Part shown: positions 43,637 to 58,018 of the stretch, piece by piece
Numbering within the stretch: position 1 is the stretch's first letter
How the letters are laid out: every line of letters begins with the position of its first letter
Assembly (NCBI GenBank): GCA_951406725.2
Contig: OX597828.1
Span: 76,136,001 to 76,200,000, forward strand
Length of the DNA stretch: 64,000 nt
Direction: 5' to 3'
DNA from: Octopus vulgaris
Taxonomy: Eukaryota
Notes under the pieces: model-generated
Seen by the model: only the letters and a program-made list of their open reading frames with translations
What the model was told of the DNA's origin: nothing
The model's database searches: none
Position numbers and translations under genes: made by a program

Positions 43637-45353
43637 GATTTATGTCAGTAGTAAAGTGGGAGTGGTTGGTGGACAGTAAAGGGACGATGGTTTCCGGTAG
43701 ACATATTCTGTACCATATGGAGGACCCTTACTCATTAATCTCCTGCTTACAAGGAGTTATGAAGACGAGGAACAAATTACTGGTTTGTGGGTGCGCGCGT
43801 GTGTTTTTGTCATTTTCTATCCGAGAAGATATAAATATGAGGAAGAAAAGCATAAAATATGGCACTTTACACATAAAATAGATTATAATGAGAAGATGCA
43901 TCCTTATTACTCAAGCCGATACACGCACACACACACACACTGATATACACAGCGAAGGTTTCGTTAGACCAATGTCAACATGTAAATAAATAACAATGCT
44001 GTTGTTTACTAATGACTATACGATAAAAGCACCTTGCTAACAACAACCATATCAAACAGTACCATCCCAAGTCAGAACCTGTTCTATTACGTTCCGGTAA
44101 CAAATCTCACCTGCGAAGACTATCAGACCTACGTTTGGAGACCATTATACTGAAATATTTCTCGCAAAATTTAAAGTGAGCCAAGCAACAAATGTCTACG
44201 AGGTGGATCAATAGGCAAGAAATCACAGTAATGTCTCCTTCACATATTTCCGTATCTTCAGTCTCATATAAGCAAAAATACGGAATGTTCATAATTGAAA
44301 TGACTTTGATGAGAAGCCCACTCACTAAGGGATAAGCTGGGGCTGTACAACCTCATCACGAGTTCAAATTTCAGCGGTGTCGTCTTAGTTTTCTAGAATC
44401 TAAGACAATGGCTGACCTAACAGTACCGAATGTTGATAGTTTCACAACAGAATTAGAAATTCCTCTGTCAGAATTAATAAATCATTGATTAATTATCTCC
44501 CAAGAGAGCTTGAATCGTAATTGGTATAAAACTGTAATGGGTAGGTGATGCTTTGTCTGAAATACGTTGAATAGCTATCAATTATCGTATCCTTACTTAA
44601 GAAATAGATCATTCAACAATATGGCTGCGTAGGTGAGGAAATGGGGATTCATGGGAGATGCTTAATCGTTTTTTATATGTTTAAGCACCAAAGAATGCGA
44701 CGTTTTTATTTCAATTTAATAATAAACGAATATAAATTACATATATATAAATAATTTATGTATATATATGAAGCAAAACATCAGAAACTGGAAAAATAAT
44801 AGTTTTGGTTTATCTCTGTTCTCAAATATTGGTTACGATATAATAGTTACACACGAAAGGTAAATACTTACGCATGCGCATACGCATGTAGTATACGTAT
44901 ATAACATACACACATATATGTGTATGCATATGTGTTGTGTGCGTTTGTGTGTGTTTGTGTGTTGTGTGTGTGTGTAGTCAAATAGAGAGGATGTACTCTG
45001 AAAATATGAGTAACGAGGATGCTGTAAATCTCAATCCTACATTTCTTGCTACTGTTTAGTGTGTATATTATTCATGCACGCACGCACGCGTGTACACACA
45101 TAGAGCGTGTATAAATATATACACACAAGCTATATATCGACGCACCGATTTAGGGGCCTGGTAGATTTGCGGATCCAACAAGTAACGAATAGTATTGCTT
45201 AAAACAAACACTACTTGCTGAAAAAGCAAGGAGACGATATGTATTGAAGTCATGGATGGAACGGCAGAGAACATAAACTCTTTTTTTCTCATCAGAACAT
45301 CCAAGAAAAAACAATTTATTAAAGATCATACGTAAGATAGGAACTTTCACTAA

Positions 45354-45403
<50 letters not shown>

Positions 45404-45471
45404 CCTTCTGTCTCGTTCATTCTCTCTATCTTTCTTTCTTGCTCACTCTCTCTGTCTCTGTCTGTCTCTCG

Positions 45472-45520
<49 letters not shown>

Positions 45521-45917
45521 AAGAGAAGAGGTTATTGAATGCATGAAATCTGGGCAAAAAGGCAGGGGAGACAAATCTGCATAATGAACAACGGAAGTGG
45601 TTGCACTATATTCAAAGTCCAGCGTACAAGAACCAGTGCAAGACATGTGGAACTGAAGGAATTGAATCTAATCCTTCATTCTAGACAAGGGTGACATCAG
45701 AACAGATGATTCCATCTTGTTAAGACTTTTCAGCGATTGAAGGAGTTTAGCATGTATATTAGGTCTATAGTAAAAGAAATAAGTGTACAACTGTAATCTA
45801 ATGAATATGAGTTGGCGAGACATTAAAGCATGGGGAGGGGGAAAATTTCCCATTGACAAACGACACCAGTTGTTTATATAACAGCGTACACACACACAAA
45901 ACACACACATAAAAGTA

Positions 45918-46687
45918 CAGGCTGCGATAGGTAAATTGTCGCCATTTTATATTTTTAATCTCGCGCATGCCCATTGTCGCGCATGCCCATAGTAGGGTGG
46001 ATTGGACACTTTCTGTGAGAAAAGCAGCACCGTGACGCAAATCGTTTGGACAGAAATTAGAAGCCGACATGCTGCTGCTGCTGCTTGGCATTCTCGCCGG
46101 AAGCTCCAATACGAACATTTCAGAGTGTTTGAGTGTCAATCTGAGGACATGTACTGAGAGTGATAAAAATCAAACACCCAGTCAACATCATGGTGATGGC
46201 GACGTTATGCCACCATTCATCTTAACCATACGGCCTGGAAGAGGTAGTACTGCCCTGGGTAAAGTGGGTGGCTGATAGAAGACCCTATGTCTTGCAAATA
46301 GGATTCTGCACCAGGTCACAGAAGCAGGAGAACCCAGTAATGGGTATCAGACAATTTCTGCGACCACATCAGACAACAACCCTATTGATTATTATGTGTG
46401 GGGGCGCAGTTGAGCGAGAGACCAACAAAACTCTTTGTTACACCAAAGATGAACCGAAGGCAAAGATTACGGCTGCATTCACCAACTTAAACAAGGTGAC
46501 CGTCCAGCAGAGTTGCGGGAGATTCCGATGTCGTCTGGAGGTCATGGTTGAGGCCAATGGCGAATTTATTCAATAAATTTACTCTTTAGAATTTCAAGAT
46601 AATCTTCTGTAAATATATCTGTTAAAATGAGATGTCAGTACTATTTTCATTTTTGCGTACTTTAGACCACAGTTTATTCACAGCACC

Positions 46688-46690
<3 letters not shown>
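45918..46690 (+). mobile_element. Internally deleted Tc1/mariner-superfamily element (maT/DD37D-like)
   Basis: TA-caggctgcgataggtaaattgt at the left and acagtttattcacagcaccctg-TA at the right form imperfect TIRs. Fragments read IKHPVNIMV, GDVMPPFI, DSAPGH, NPIDYYVWG and SCGRFRCRLEVMVEANGEFI. Confidence 0.8.
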
Positions 46691-46764
<74 letters not shown>

Positions 46765-46882
46765 TTAGAGATAAAACCACTATTAGGCAAATCATACAAT
46801 GAAAAACTTAAGCCAATACATAAGATTAATTAATTTATATTATTTAAATATATAACAAAATTATTTAAAAAATAATTAATAT

Positions 46883-46950
46883 AACACTACAATCGTTTCA
46901 TGGCTGTTAATTTCTTTAAAATTTCGAGTTACAGTCATTCTTCAGGTGGT
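46883..46950 (-). ncRNA. Type I hammerhead ribozyme motif, left arm of palindrome
   Basis: Minus strand reads accac-CTGAAGA-atgactgt...acagccat-GAAA-cgattg-TA-gtgtt. It is a mirror copy of the plus-strand motif with a differing 3' side of stem II. Confidence 0.65.
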
Positions 46951-46962
46951 TTAAATATTTAA

Positions 46963-47029
46963 ACCACCTGAAGAATGACTGTAACTCGAAATTTTAAGAA
47001 TTGGACAACCATGAAACGATCGTAGTGTT
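46963..47029 (+). ncRNA. Type I hammerhead ribozyme motif, right arm of palindrome
   Basis: accac-CTGAAGA-atgactgt...acaaccat-GAAA-cgatcg-TA-gtgtt. Stem I is cac/gtg, stem II is long and imperfect (atg/cat closing), and stem III is palindromic CGATCG. Predicted cleavage is after GUA at 47024. Confidence 0.7.
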
Positions 47030-47237
47030 ATATTAATTATCTTTTTTAATAATTTTGATATATATTTAAATAATATAAATTAAATAATCTTATGTATTGG
47101 CTTAAGTTTTTCATTGTATGATTTGCCTAATAGTGGTTTTATCTCTAATTTAATATAATCTAATATTTTACTATAAAATTGGATTCAATCCTAAATTTGA
47201 TTTTTCCTTGTAAGTTTGGATTTATTCCCTAATATTT

Positions 47238-47283
<46 letters not shown>

Positions 47284-47473
47284 CTATATATATATGTATA
47301 TATATATATACTTATATGCATACATGCATATATAAAAATGTATATATACTTGTATATACATGTGTGTATGTGCGTGTGCGCATGCGTATGAATCGCTCAT
47401 TTCTATATAGAACTAAAATCGATAGAAATGCCAGAAAATATAAATATATGCTGAATAATGTAAAACAAATTGT

Positions 47474-47511
<38 letters not shown>

Positions 47512-47561
47512 ATGCATGTGAACCTATATACGTAAATGTATATACTCCATAGAATTACTAT

Positions 47562-47651
<90 letters not shown>

Positions 47652-48060
47652 TATATATATATACATATGTGTGTGTGTTTGTGTCTGTGTATTTGTGTGT
47701 GTATATGTGTATGTGAGCGTGTGTGTGTGTATGACTATATAAATATATAAACATATTGAAAGCTGCCGGTCTATTCACATTGGTATTATATATATATCTG
47801 TATTGATTAAGAAGACTGTGAGTGAGTAAAACTCGCATATTCCGTTATGCATCCACACCTACTCACACAGACACACACTAACACACATGCACTCCAGCGT
47901 GCGTACATTACTAATATATAATACCATTATATATACCAGACATTACTAAATGGGGTATTTATCTGCCCTTTGCGATGGAAAAAAGTCTTCTATGTAACTC
48001 TATGTAAACAATACATTAAAAGTCGAACACCCAACTATATGATAAGTCATTTCTGTATGC

Positions 48061-48105
<45 letters not shown>

Positions 48106-48163
48106 CGTACATATACATATATATTAAATATATATATATGTATACAATGTTTAAATATGTATG

Positions 48164-48226
<63 letters not shown>

Positions 48227-48238
48227 ATATATATATGC

Positions 48239-48387
<149 letters not shown>

Positions 48388-48393
48388 TATGTA

Positions 48394-48424
<31 letters not shown>

Positions 48425-49849
48425 TTATATTTATACTTATATTTATATATTCTGAATCCATTCACTCATATTTATATTTTAGAAACATATCTACGCGTGC
48501 TACTACATAACTTATTTCGAATATGTTAATATTTATTATGACGAAGATAACCAGAGGGAATGAGCTAATATTTAATTCTCTTCCCTTAACAATATCCTGC
48601 ATTCAAACACACATCTATATCCGCAATATAGACATATATGTATATATACGCATTTAAGCGCACAAACACTCGCACGCGCGCACACACATGTGTACATATA
48701 TATATATATTTATATACACATCCACATGTATATATTCCAATATGTAATGTGTTCTTGCTGTATCCTATATTTTAATAACTTTATTGAACGTATCCATTAT
48801 TGAGTTTTGTTAATACTGGAAAGAAATATGTCTCACATAGACACACATACACACACACATACACACACACACACACATACACACACACACACACAAGCAC
48901 GTGCACAAAGACTCTCTCTCTCTCACACACACACACATAAATATATATATTTTTTTCTTTTCACATATGTTTACCTCCCGAGCTATACTGCTAGTGTAAG
49001 TATATACCAGTATTTCAAACACTCCCTGTATATTAGCTCCATTATATATGCTTATAGTAATCGGTGAGGTTACGTTATACATAAATCGAAAAGGAAAATG
49101 TTGTTAGTCGCGTTTCAGGTCGATATCATTGTTATTTGTAGCACAGGTTTGTGAGGCTCCATTTGTCTAGTCAGAAATACGTAGTAATTCTCCGAAAACT
49201 GGCTAAGCTTGTTGTTGTTGGTGGTGTTTAGCGTTTCTACCCTCATCATTTCAACTATAAATAAAGAGAACTGTAGTATTCCATGTATTTTTTTTGTAAG
49301 ACATCGTGTAGCGTTTCTAATTGGATTTGGTTTTTGTTTCTAGCGAATTAGACAACCAGGTACACAGAAACGCCCCTCGTTTTATTTGGTGTTCAACATT
49401 TCCGCCCTCACCATTTCGACTAGTTTCCATTGTATGTAAGACGGACTGCACTACTCCCTGGACAATTTTTAATAAAGAAGTGCTTTGGGATTTGAATGGT
49501 TGTTGTTTCTTGCGAGTCAAACAAACAAGTTGACAGAATTCTCTCGATTTATTTGCAGGTAACATTTACCAATAAGCGGGATTACATTGATCAGCGAGGA
49601 ATCTAAATACTTATACGGTAATATTCAATATTGTTTTGCATAGAGAAATCTGTGGCAATGTCTGTCTGCTGTAACTGCTTGCTTCTTCGTCACGTTGTTT
49701 ACCACTTTTCCTATCACGGGAGTCATTCGTGACTCACCACGCCATATTCTTTATCACATCATAGGAATCACCGTTGACATCAAACTGTGATGATCTTTTC
49801 TTTATGGAGTCGCACAAAATTGTGGTTCAAACTAAATTATTTCCTTAGC

Positions 49850-50016
49850 GAATAATTTCGTCTTGCCTAACGTTTAAGTTCATTTACAGCCGGAATCGAC
49901 TGTTGCCTTTCGTCCTTTCAGGGTCGATAAAATAAGTACCAGCCGAGAACTGAAGTCGATGTAATAGACTTACCGCACCTTCACCGAAATTCCTGGACTT
50001 GTTCCAAAATTTCAAA
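49850..50016 (+). mobile_element. SINE family A copy, 5' decayed
   Basis: tcgactgttgcctttcgtcctttcagggtcgataaaataagtaccag. Confidence 0.7.
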
Positions 50017-50331
50017 TCAATTTTGTATCTTGTCAAATTTCAAGATTAAAGACTATTTCCACGTCCACTTAGTGACAGATAAAAAGGAAATGATCGAAAT
50101 ATTTCTGTCCTCGAAGTCAATAAAATGAATTTTGATGAACTTTTACGGAAACTATAGTACGTTTCAATCATTGAAGTGCGACTGTGTGAGATTTTGTTGA
50201 ACAAATGAACCCCAGCACTTTTTTTTCTTCTTAAATACTGCTTCTTACTTTGTCCGTCCCTTTTGCCGAACCGCCAGTCAGGCGTAAGAAAACCACCTCT
50301 GGTTACATCGTAGTAATGAGGGATAAATACA

Positions 50332-50385
<54 letters not shown>

Positions 50386-50440
50386 CATACACACAACATA
50401 GACTCAAAAGGCTCTATCGGGGCATCTAGAAGACAACAAA

Positions 50441-50732
50441 CTCTGTGTGGTAAGAAGCTTGCTTCCCAATCACATATTTCTGGGTTCAGTCCTATTGTGT
50501 TGCACCTCGGGCAAGTGTCTTCTACTATAGCCTCGGGACAGCCAAAGCCTTGTGAGAGGATTTGGTAGATGGAAATTGAGAGAATCTCGGTTTAAATATA
50601 TATATATATATGTGTGTGTGCGTGTGTATGTAAATGTGTATATATATGTATATATATATGTATATGTATATGTGTGTATATATATATATATGTATATATA
50701 AGTATATATATATGCACACATATGTATGTTTG

Positions 50733-50769
<37 letters not shown>

Positions 50770-50774
50770 GTTTT

Positions 50775-50826
<52 letters not shown>

Positions 50827-51009
50827 TATGTTTGTGTGTCTGTTTGTCCCCACCATCATCGGCTGACAATCGATGTTGGTATGTTTAGCAGCTCGGCAAA
50901 GGAGAATAAGTACTAGGCTTACAAAGAATAAGTCCTGGCGTGGATTTGCTCGACAACAGGCGGTGCTCCAGCATGGCCGCCGTCAAATGACTCAAAGAGG
51001 TAAAAGAAT
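50441..51009 (+). mobile_element. SINE family B copy
   Basis: gtgtggtaagaagcttgc..gggttcagtcc..cgggcaagtgtcttctactatagcctcggg, internal (TA)n, and tail ggcggtgctccagcatggccgccgtcaaatgact. Confidence 0.82.
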
Positions 51010-51454
51010 ATGGTTTTTGGCTTTTCGTTATATTCCTCTTTAATTTGATAATCCGAATAACTCTTCGCCACCCCTACCATTCTCTCTTCCGTTTACAGCC
51101 CCTTCCCCATCAGGCATTCCCTTACCTCTGGCCCTACAACCTACTCTTTCGACTAGATATAGGTAGATATATGGTTCCAGTAGATTGAGAGTCTAGTAGA
51201 TTGACTGACAATTGATTTATCACCATTTAGTAGAACATAGTTATGAGGAAAGAAACAATTTATATATTCTGAGTTCTATTATTGATGTAATCAACTTTTA
51301 AAAATTGGTTGTCCTTATGATTGAAGTCTATGCGGTCATTTGACGAGAACGGTTTCTTTCAAGTTGATGTAATATTTTCAGTGATTAATTAAAGGAGCGG
51401 CTAGAAACGGCCGTAATCAATTGGCACCTTTACATCTTTGTTACTCATTTATAT

Positions 51455-51769
51455 TATGTCATTTAGTTAAATCGCCCCCAGGATTTATTCTTTGTAAGCC
51501 TAATACCTATTCTATCGGTATATTCTGCCGCTAAGATGTGGGCACGTAAACACACCAACAACGGTTTTCAAGCGATGGTGGGTGGGGGACAAGCACAGAC
51601 ACACACAAATATATAGGTATATATATACGGTAGGCTTCTTTCAGTTTCCGTCTAACAAATCCACTCACAAGTCTTTCGTCGACCCGCGGCTATAGTAGAA
51701 GACACTTTCTCAAGGTGCCAAGCAGTGGATCTGAACACGGAACCATGTGGCTGTGAAGCAAGCTTCTTT
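51455..51769 (-). mobile_element. SINE family B copy
   Basis: ccccaggatttattctttgtaagcc..ccactcacaag..ctatagtagaagacac..ctgaacacggaaccatgtgg. Confidence 0.78.
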
Positions 51770-51850
<81 letters not shown>

Positions 51851-52499
51851 TATTTCACACGTATAACTAATTTATTTACACTTTCTAGTCTGGACTTCTT
51901 GAGTTTGCACCTAATCACAATGGATGAACTTGGATGAACTTCCAAGTAAGTGATGTGTTTTCAAGCGAGATTAGCGCCACCTATTCCTCAGTGAAAGCGA
52001 AGTAATTATTACGACATCAGGGGAGGTAATACTATGTGTATAGTGTAGACAATAAAATGTATATATCCTTTATTCTATCAGGATTAGCAGAAAATATTTG
52101 GCTTAAACGAAATATACTGTCGCCCAACAAACCTAGAAGATTTATATTTTCAGCTTTAAGTGGTACATACACACACACACACAAACACATACACACACAC
52201 ATACACACACACTGTTCATAGTTTTTCAAGTGGACACTTGCATTTGTAAGTGGAAAATAGTTTTACATTATCACCAACATAACATTTATGGTTGAGAATG
52301 TAAATTTGGATACTGGCTGTTGTGGCAGTGGCGGTGGTGATGGTGATGGCGCTGCTGACAGTTGTGGAGGCTGGGCGTGTAGTGGTGGTGGTGACTGTTG
52401 AAGTGGTACTGGTAGGAGAAGAGCATGAGTGTTATATTTCGAAGGAACCTACTTGCAACAGACGCCAACACAATTCTAGTTTCATATGTATTTTTTCTC

Positions 52500-52676
52500 C
52501 AAACACTTTGCGCTATTCGGTTACTAACCTTTACATTCCGAGTTCAAATCTCAGCAGGGTCAACATTGTCTTTTATCATCCTGGGAATTATAAAATAAAG
52601 TACAGGTCAAGTAACGGGTGAAATTTAATCGATTCTCGGCTACCCGAAAATAGCTGGCCATGTGCCAATGTTAGAA
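52500..52676 (+). mobile_element. Degenerate SINE family A copy
   Basis: ccgagttcaaatctcagcagggtcaacattgtcttttatcatcctggg..aaataaagtac. Confidence 0.6.
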
Positions 52677-53926
52677 TTCAATATGATTCTTCGTGAAATA
52701 TTCTTACTGCAGTGCAGGAGATATATTTTAAAATTTGTGAAATAAATTGATCACCAGAACGAATAAATAGAAAAATACATAAACAGCAAAAACGAAATAT
52801 GTAAAGAAAAACATAATTCTCATAAATACACAAGATATTTTAATTTTTTATCCTATTTTTTTTTTGTATCAAAGTGAATTTCATATGAAATACATAGACA
52901 AGAAATACAAAAATGGTTTTAAAAAAATGAACGCAACATTTTATATAAGTAAATATATTCATCACGTGATTTCTGATGCATGCAGTTGTGATAGGAGAAA
53001 CGTCCGAAGATGGGGTGAGGCCACAAATAATCAGACCCAACATAGAATTATTCCCTTACCAATATTTGTGTGCGGGTGTGTGTATGTGTGTTTTGTTTAG
53101 ACGTATTTATAGAATTTTGCTAATGTGTAAAGAGTTCGTTTCTAACATTTGTCCAAGACTTTTTCATTGGAATTTCAACAACATCAACAGGGTTATCGTG
53201 TATGCACGTGCGTACATGTGCAAGTATTTGAAGTGAATGCATGTGCAGATCTGTATGTTTCGTTTCATGTAGTTATACTCATGCATCTAGTTGCATGTCG
53301 AGACATGTCCACATGTTTCTATACGATACAATTTTGGTGCATTTTACATTTTGACACTGCTAAAGATGGCGACTTTGTAGTTTTCTAATTAGCTTTCTAC
53401 TTTCAGATTTTGAGAACCTTAACTTCTCAAGATTAGTTCTGAAGCAGTTTCCTAAACATTCTAATATCCCAATAAATACAAGTATAAAACTGGACTGGCA
53501 TTTCAAGTCGAGTGGCTGCAAATCTCTCAACAGTTCAGCGCAGGTGACTTCTTACTCGGTGATCTTTAGCTTTATATTGACCTCCACTGGGCAACTGTAC
53601 ATAGTTTACCTTCCCTTCAGAAATCACTGTGTTTGGTCTATTATATTTGCAATGTATTGAGATGTCCACAGGGAAATTCCACCAGTAAACTTTCCTCTTA
53701 TGAATAGATTCTGTCACACTCTATGCTTGTGAATGTGTGTGTATAGCATTCTACACAAATCCGTATACGTTCTTATATATAATGCTTCTTACCTATAGTC
53801 TGCACCTCAGTTGGTGATAGTTAAAATTGAGATACGAGAATTAATGCTTGATATGTTGTGTTAAACAATGATCTGAATTTGACAATCGATGTGTCAATTT
53901 CTATATTTATACACACACGCAAACAG

Positions 53927-53959
<33 letters not shown>

Positions 53960-55151
53960 AACACAAATATCAAGAGAGAGGGGGGGAGAAATATGTCTAT
54001 ATACTTACAAGTTATATTAAAAATTGTTTCCCATTCAGACGTTCCTCTCTAGGTTTATAGACGACAAACTTATTCTTAAACGAGAATATTTTAATTTGAC
54101 TTTGACTTTGAACGTGAGGCCAGTTAAGCCGTCGTCAGTTTGCGAGGCATTAAAGTTAATCTTGGCCCTATATAGTCTCTGTTGAGTTGAAGCCTTCTAG
54201 AGGTATGTGGCTTTGTGTTTGGTGGTAATTAGGTTTTCGGGTGGATTGTTATGGAGAGGCTTTCCGCTTTTGAGAAATTTTTACTGCTTAGATTCGGGGT
54301 TATGTGATTCTTTAGAATTTATTCATGTATGTAGAACGTTCTATGCAAACGTACATGACTTTTCGTCAGGTAAGTCACGGGATGTGTTAGAAGTTTAATT
54401 ATTTTTGGTTTGTTGGATTTAATCCTTTGGTTTGTCAATGTAAAAGACAAGATACAAAGCCGAGTATTTGAAACCTTAATAACTTGGTGTCACCTATTCG
54501 TAAGAGAATCCTTAACGGGTTCACAAAATTCTAATTAGGTTGTATGTTTTAGCTGGTCAGTTCCTTTGCTAGTTGTTGGCATTTAGGGTATTTCCTATTC
54601 GTATTTGGAAGGTGATGGTTATTAGTCAGGCATGTCATGGTGTTGTTAGTATAGACGATTGTTTATATTGTACTTTGATGTTCACAAATGGATTTGCTTA
54701 GGCGTAGAGGTTATTGATTCATACGCTTCGCTCTAGGTGTCCATTCCTCTACCAGGAATTTTGTTAGTATGCAGAGATAATAACTTGTGTTTTATGGAGG
54801 CTCAGTTTGTAGGATGAGTGTTTACAAATATTGCTTCAGTTATGTTTCAAACGAGGGTATTTTAAAATGTGTTCGCTTAATTGGCCGAAACATCGAGATC
54901 ACTCAAAGACATTCTTGATAAGAATAAACGCACACACCATCGTATTTATCAATATATATTCTGATCGATTCTTCCATATGTTAAGGAGTACCTCCTTGCG
55001 ACAATGTAAACTTTCATCTTATCAAGATATCCTGGGTCTGAAGTGTAGCATGCGGTACACACCTCGCTTGGATATTTACCACTTCTGAGAATCCGCTCCC
55101 TATGGAATGTATGTAGCCTGAATCTTTTCTTCTCCATTCCTTAACTCTTGT

Positions 55152-55242
<91 letters not shown>

Positions 55243-55244
55243 GT

Positions 55245-55318
<74 letters not shown>

Positions 55319-56211
55319 ATCGATGGAGTAGTTTCTCCATGGCGCAAGCCTGGGCGATAGAATATACATATATATATATATATATATATATGTACGAACG
55401 CAGAGAGAGAGAGAGTGGGGAAAGAGAGGGAGACAGAGAGAGGTGATCATACATATTTCCCATAATTGATTATTAGCTAAACGCGTCTATTGTTTTACTC
55501 CATAGACTTGTCTCATCATCCAAATGATTTATAATTTCATAATTGTTGAGAAATTTTGGTGAAAGCTATCCTGCGATGATTAATTATAGTGTAACCTATG
55601 GAATATATAACTTGCGTGAGCATGTATATATATATATATATATATATACATATATCCATCCACACACCACTCCATATATACATATATATAATGCAATTTC
55701 CTTTTTGCAGGCACGCGTGTGAGTGTAGACGTGCAAATCTTTAGGGATTTTAAATGAGTTAATGATGAATGGAAAAGTGTAGCATAAGATCTGCAGATAG
55801 CGGTGAGGTTGACATTAATGATGTTGTTTGGTGGAAAATGAGAGAAAGAGAGAGAGAGAGAAAGAATATAGAGAGAAATAGAAGAGAGAGAGAGAGAGTG
55901 GCAGAGTGGGGTACGTGATATAGTATAATCTCAGCGTGTCACGATGACATGGAAGGAATCCCGGAAGAACTAGGTGTTAGGGTTATAGTTCACTTCCTTG
56001 ATAGATGTAAATATTTATTCAGCCATTATAGATAGTTATCAAATAATGAATTACTTGTGACATAAATCCGAATTCTCCAGGGAATATTGGCTTTTCATGA
56101 TATGTCATCTGCACTCATTTTATATTCATGATGATCATTTCGCTTCTCTTGCATCAATCACACAACCTTCCACTTCCACCTCTTCCACTTCCACCATATT
56201 ATTTACCTCCT

Positions 56212-56424
56212 CCCTCTCTTCTTCTTCTTCTTCTTCTTCTTCTTCTTCTTCTTCTTCTTCTTCTTCTTCTTCTTCTTCTTCCTACTTCTTGTCTTCTCCT
56301 TCCTCTTCTTCTTCCTCCTCCTCCTCCTCCTCCTCCTCCTCCTCCTCCTCTTTTTAACGCTGACACTTTGAAATACATCCTCTTCAGCTTCTCTTAGTTT
56401 CCTTATTCACTCTCTCTCTTTCTA

Positions 56425-56476
<52 letters not shown>

Positions 56477-56836
56477 CCTTCCATTTGCTCATTTTTTTTC
56501 TCATCTTCTTTCTGTGTCAGCCATATTTATCCTTACCTGCTTATATACATCTGAATTGTCATAATTTACAACACACGCAAACACACACACGCGCGCATGC
56601 AAACACACACACACGCACACACACACACACACGCACACGCACACTCGCACACACACATGCACTCACACACACACACACACGGGTTTCTAAACTTAGGTTC
56701 ACAAACAAGAACAATCATTAATTTGTCCATTCTGAACGATATATATGTGTGTGTGTGTGTGTGTGTGCCTCCGTGTGTGTGTAATATACACATATACATA
56801 TAGGTTTGTGTGTGTGTGCGAGTGTTATGTGTGTAT

Positions 56837-56874
<38 letters not shown>

Positions 56875-57980
56875 TATATATCATATATAAGCACATGTAT
56901 GTAAATATATATATATACAACCTTCTCTACAGTATTGCTTTTAAATGTTAGCAAACAACCCGGAATCTCAGGATAGGGACTATGTGAATTACGTCTACTG
57001 AAGGGCTGTACTGGTACTTAATTTGTCGACCCCGAAAAGTTGGAAGGTGAAGTTGGCCTCGGCGGAATTTGAACTCAAAACGCGGAAGATTGACGAAATG
57101 CTACGAAGCATTTTGCATGGCGAGCTAACAATTCTGCCACCTCGTCGCATTTTGATTTTGAATTTCAGTACAAGGTCAGCAGGTTCGGAGGAGGAAGGAG
57201 TTGATCAGATCGACCCCAGTGCTCAACTGGTCCTCAGTTTATCTGATCCGAAATGATGAAAGGCAAAGTCGACCTCGGAGGAACTAGAACCCAGAACGCG
57301 AAATATGAACGGAATGTCGCTAAGCATTCTACCCGGCGTGCTAACGACTCCGACATCTTGCCGCGTTATATGATGATATTAATGACATTACTTCGCGAGC
57401 GGCGATAATGAGGAAGCACGGCAATCCCTTCACTGATTATATAAACCAATCATTCATTGAACGATCCCCCCTCTCTTCTTCTTCTTCTTCTTCTTCTTCT
57501 TCTTCTTCTTCCTCCTCCTCCTCATTTTAACGCTCACACTTTGAAATACATCCTCTTCAGCTTCTCTTAGTTTCCTTATTCACTCTCTCTCTTTCTATTT
57601 CTATCTTTCTCTCTCTCTCTCTCTCTTTCTCCCTTCCATTTGCTATCTTTTTTCTCATCTTCTTTCTGTGTCAGCCATATTTATCCTTACCTGCTTATAT
57701 ACATCTGAATTGTCATAATTTACAACACACGCAAACACACACACGCGCGCATGCAAACACACACACACGCACACACACACACGCACACGCACACTCGCAC
57801 ACACACATGCACTCACACACACACACACGGGTTTCTAAACTTAGGTTCACAAACAAGAACAATCATTAATTTGTCCATTCTGAACGATATATATGTGTGT
57901 GTGTGTGTGTGCCTCCGTGTGTGTGTAATATACACATATACATATAGGTTTGTGTGTGTGTGCGAGTGTTATGTGTGTAT

Positions 57981-58018
<38 letters not shown>

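Larger units (their letters stand above)
46756..47242. mobile_element. Palindromic hammerhead-bearing element (inverted PLE pseudo-LTR-like) in (TA)n
   Basis: 46756-46956 is the reverse complement of 46957-47157, with no spacer (centre ggtttaaat|atttaaacc) and about 10 differences. The right arm continues ~85 bp to 47242. (TA)n lies on both sides. Confidence 0.8.

Noticed and set aside
44240-44266. Minus-strand CTGAAGA-tacg-GAAA
   Set aside because: No stem I or proper stem II, so likely chance. Similar chance hits occur at 21927-21953 and 51950-51992.
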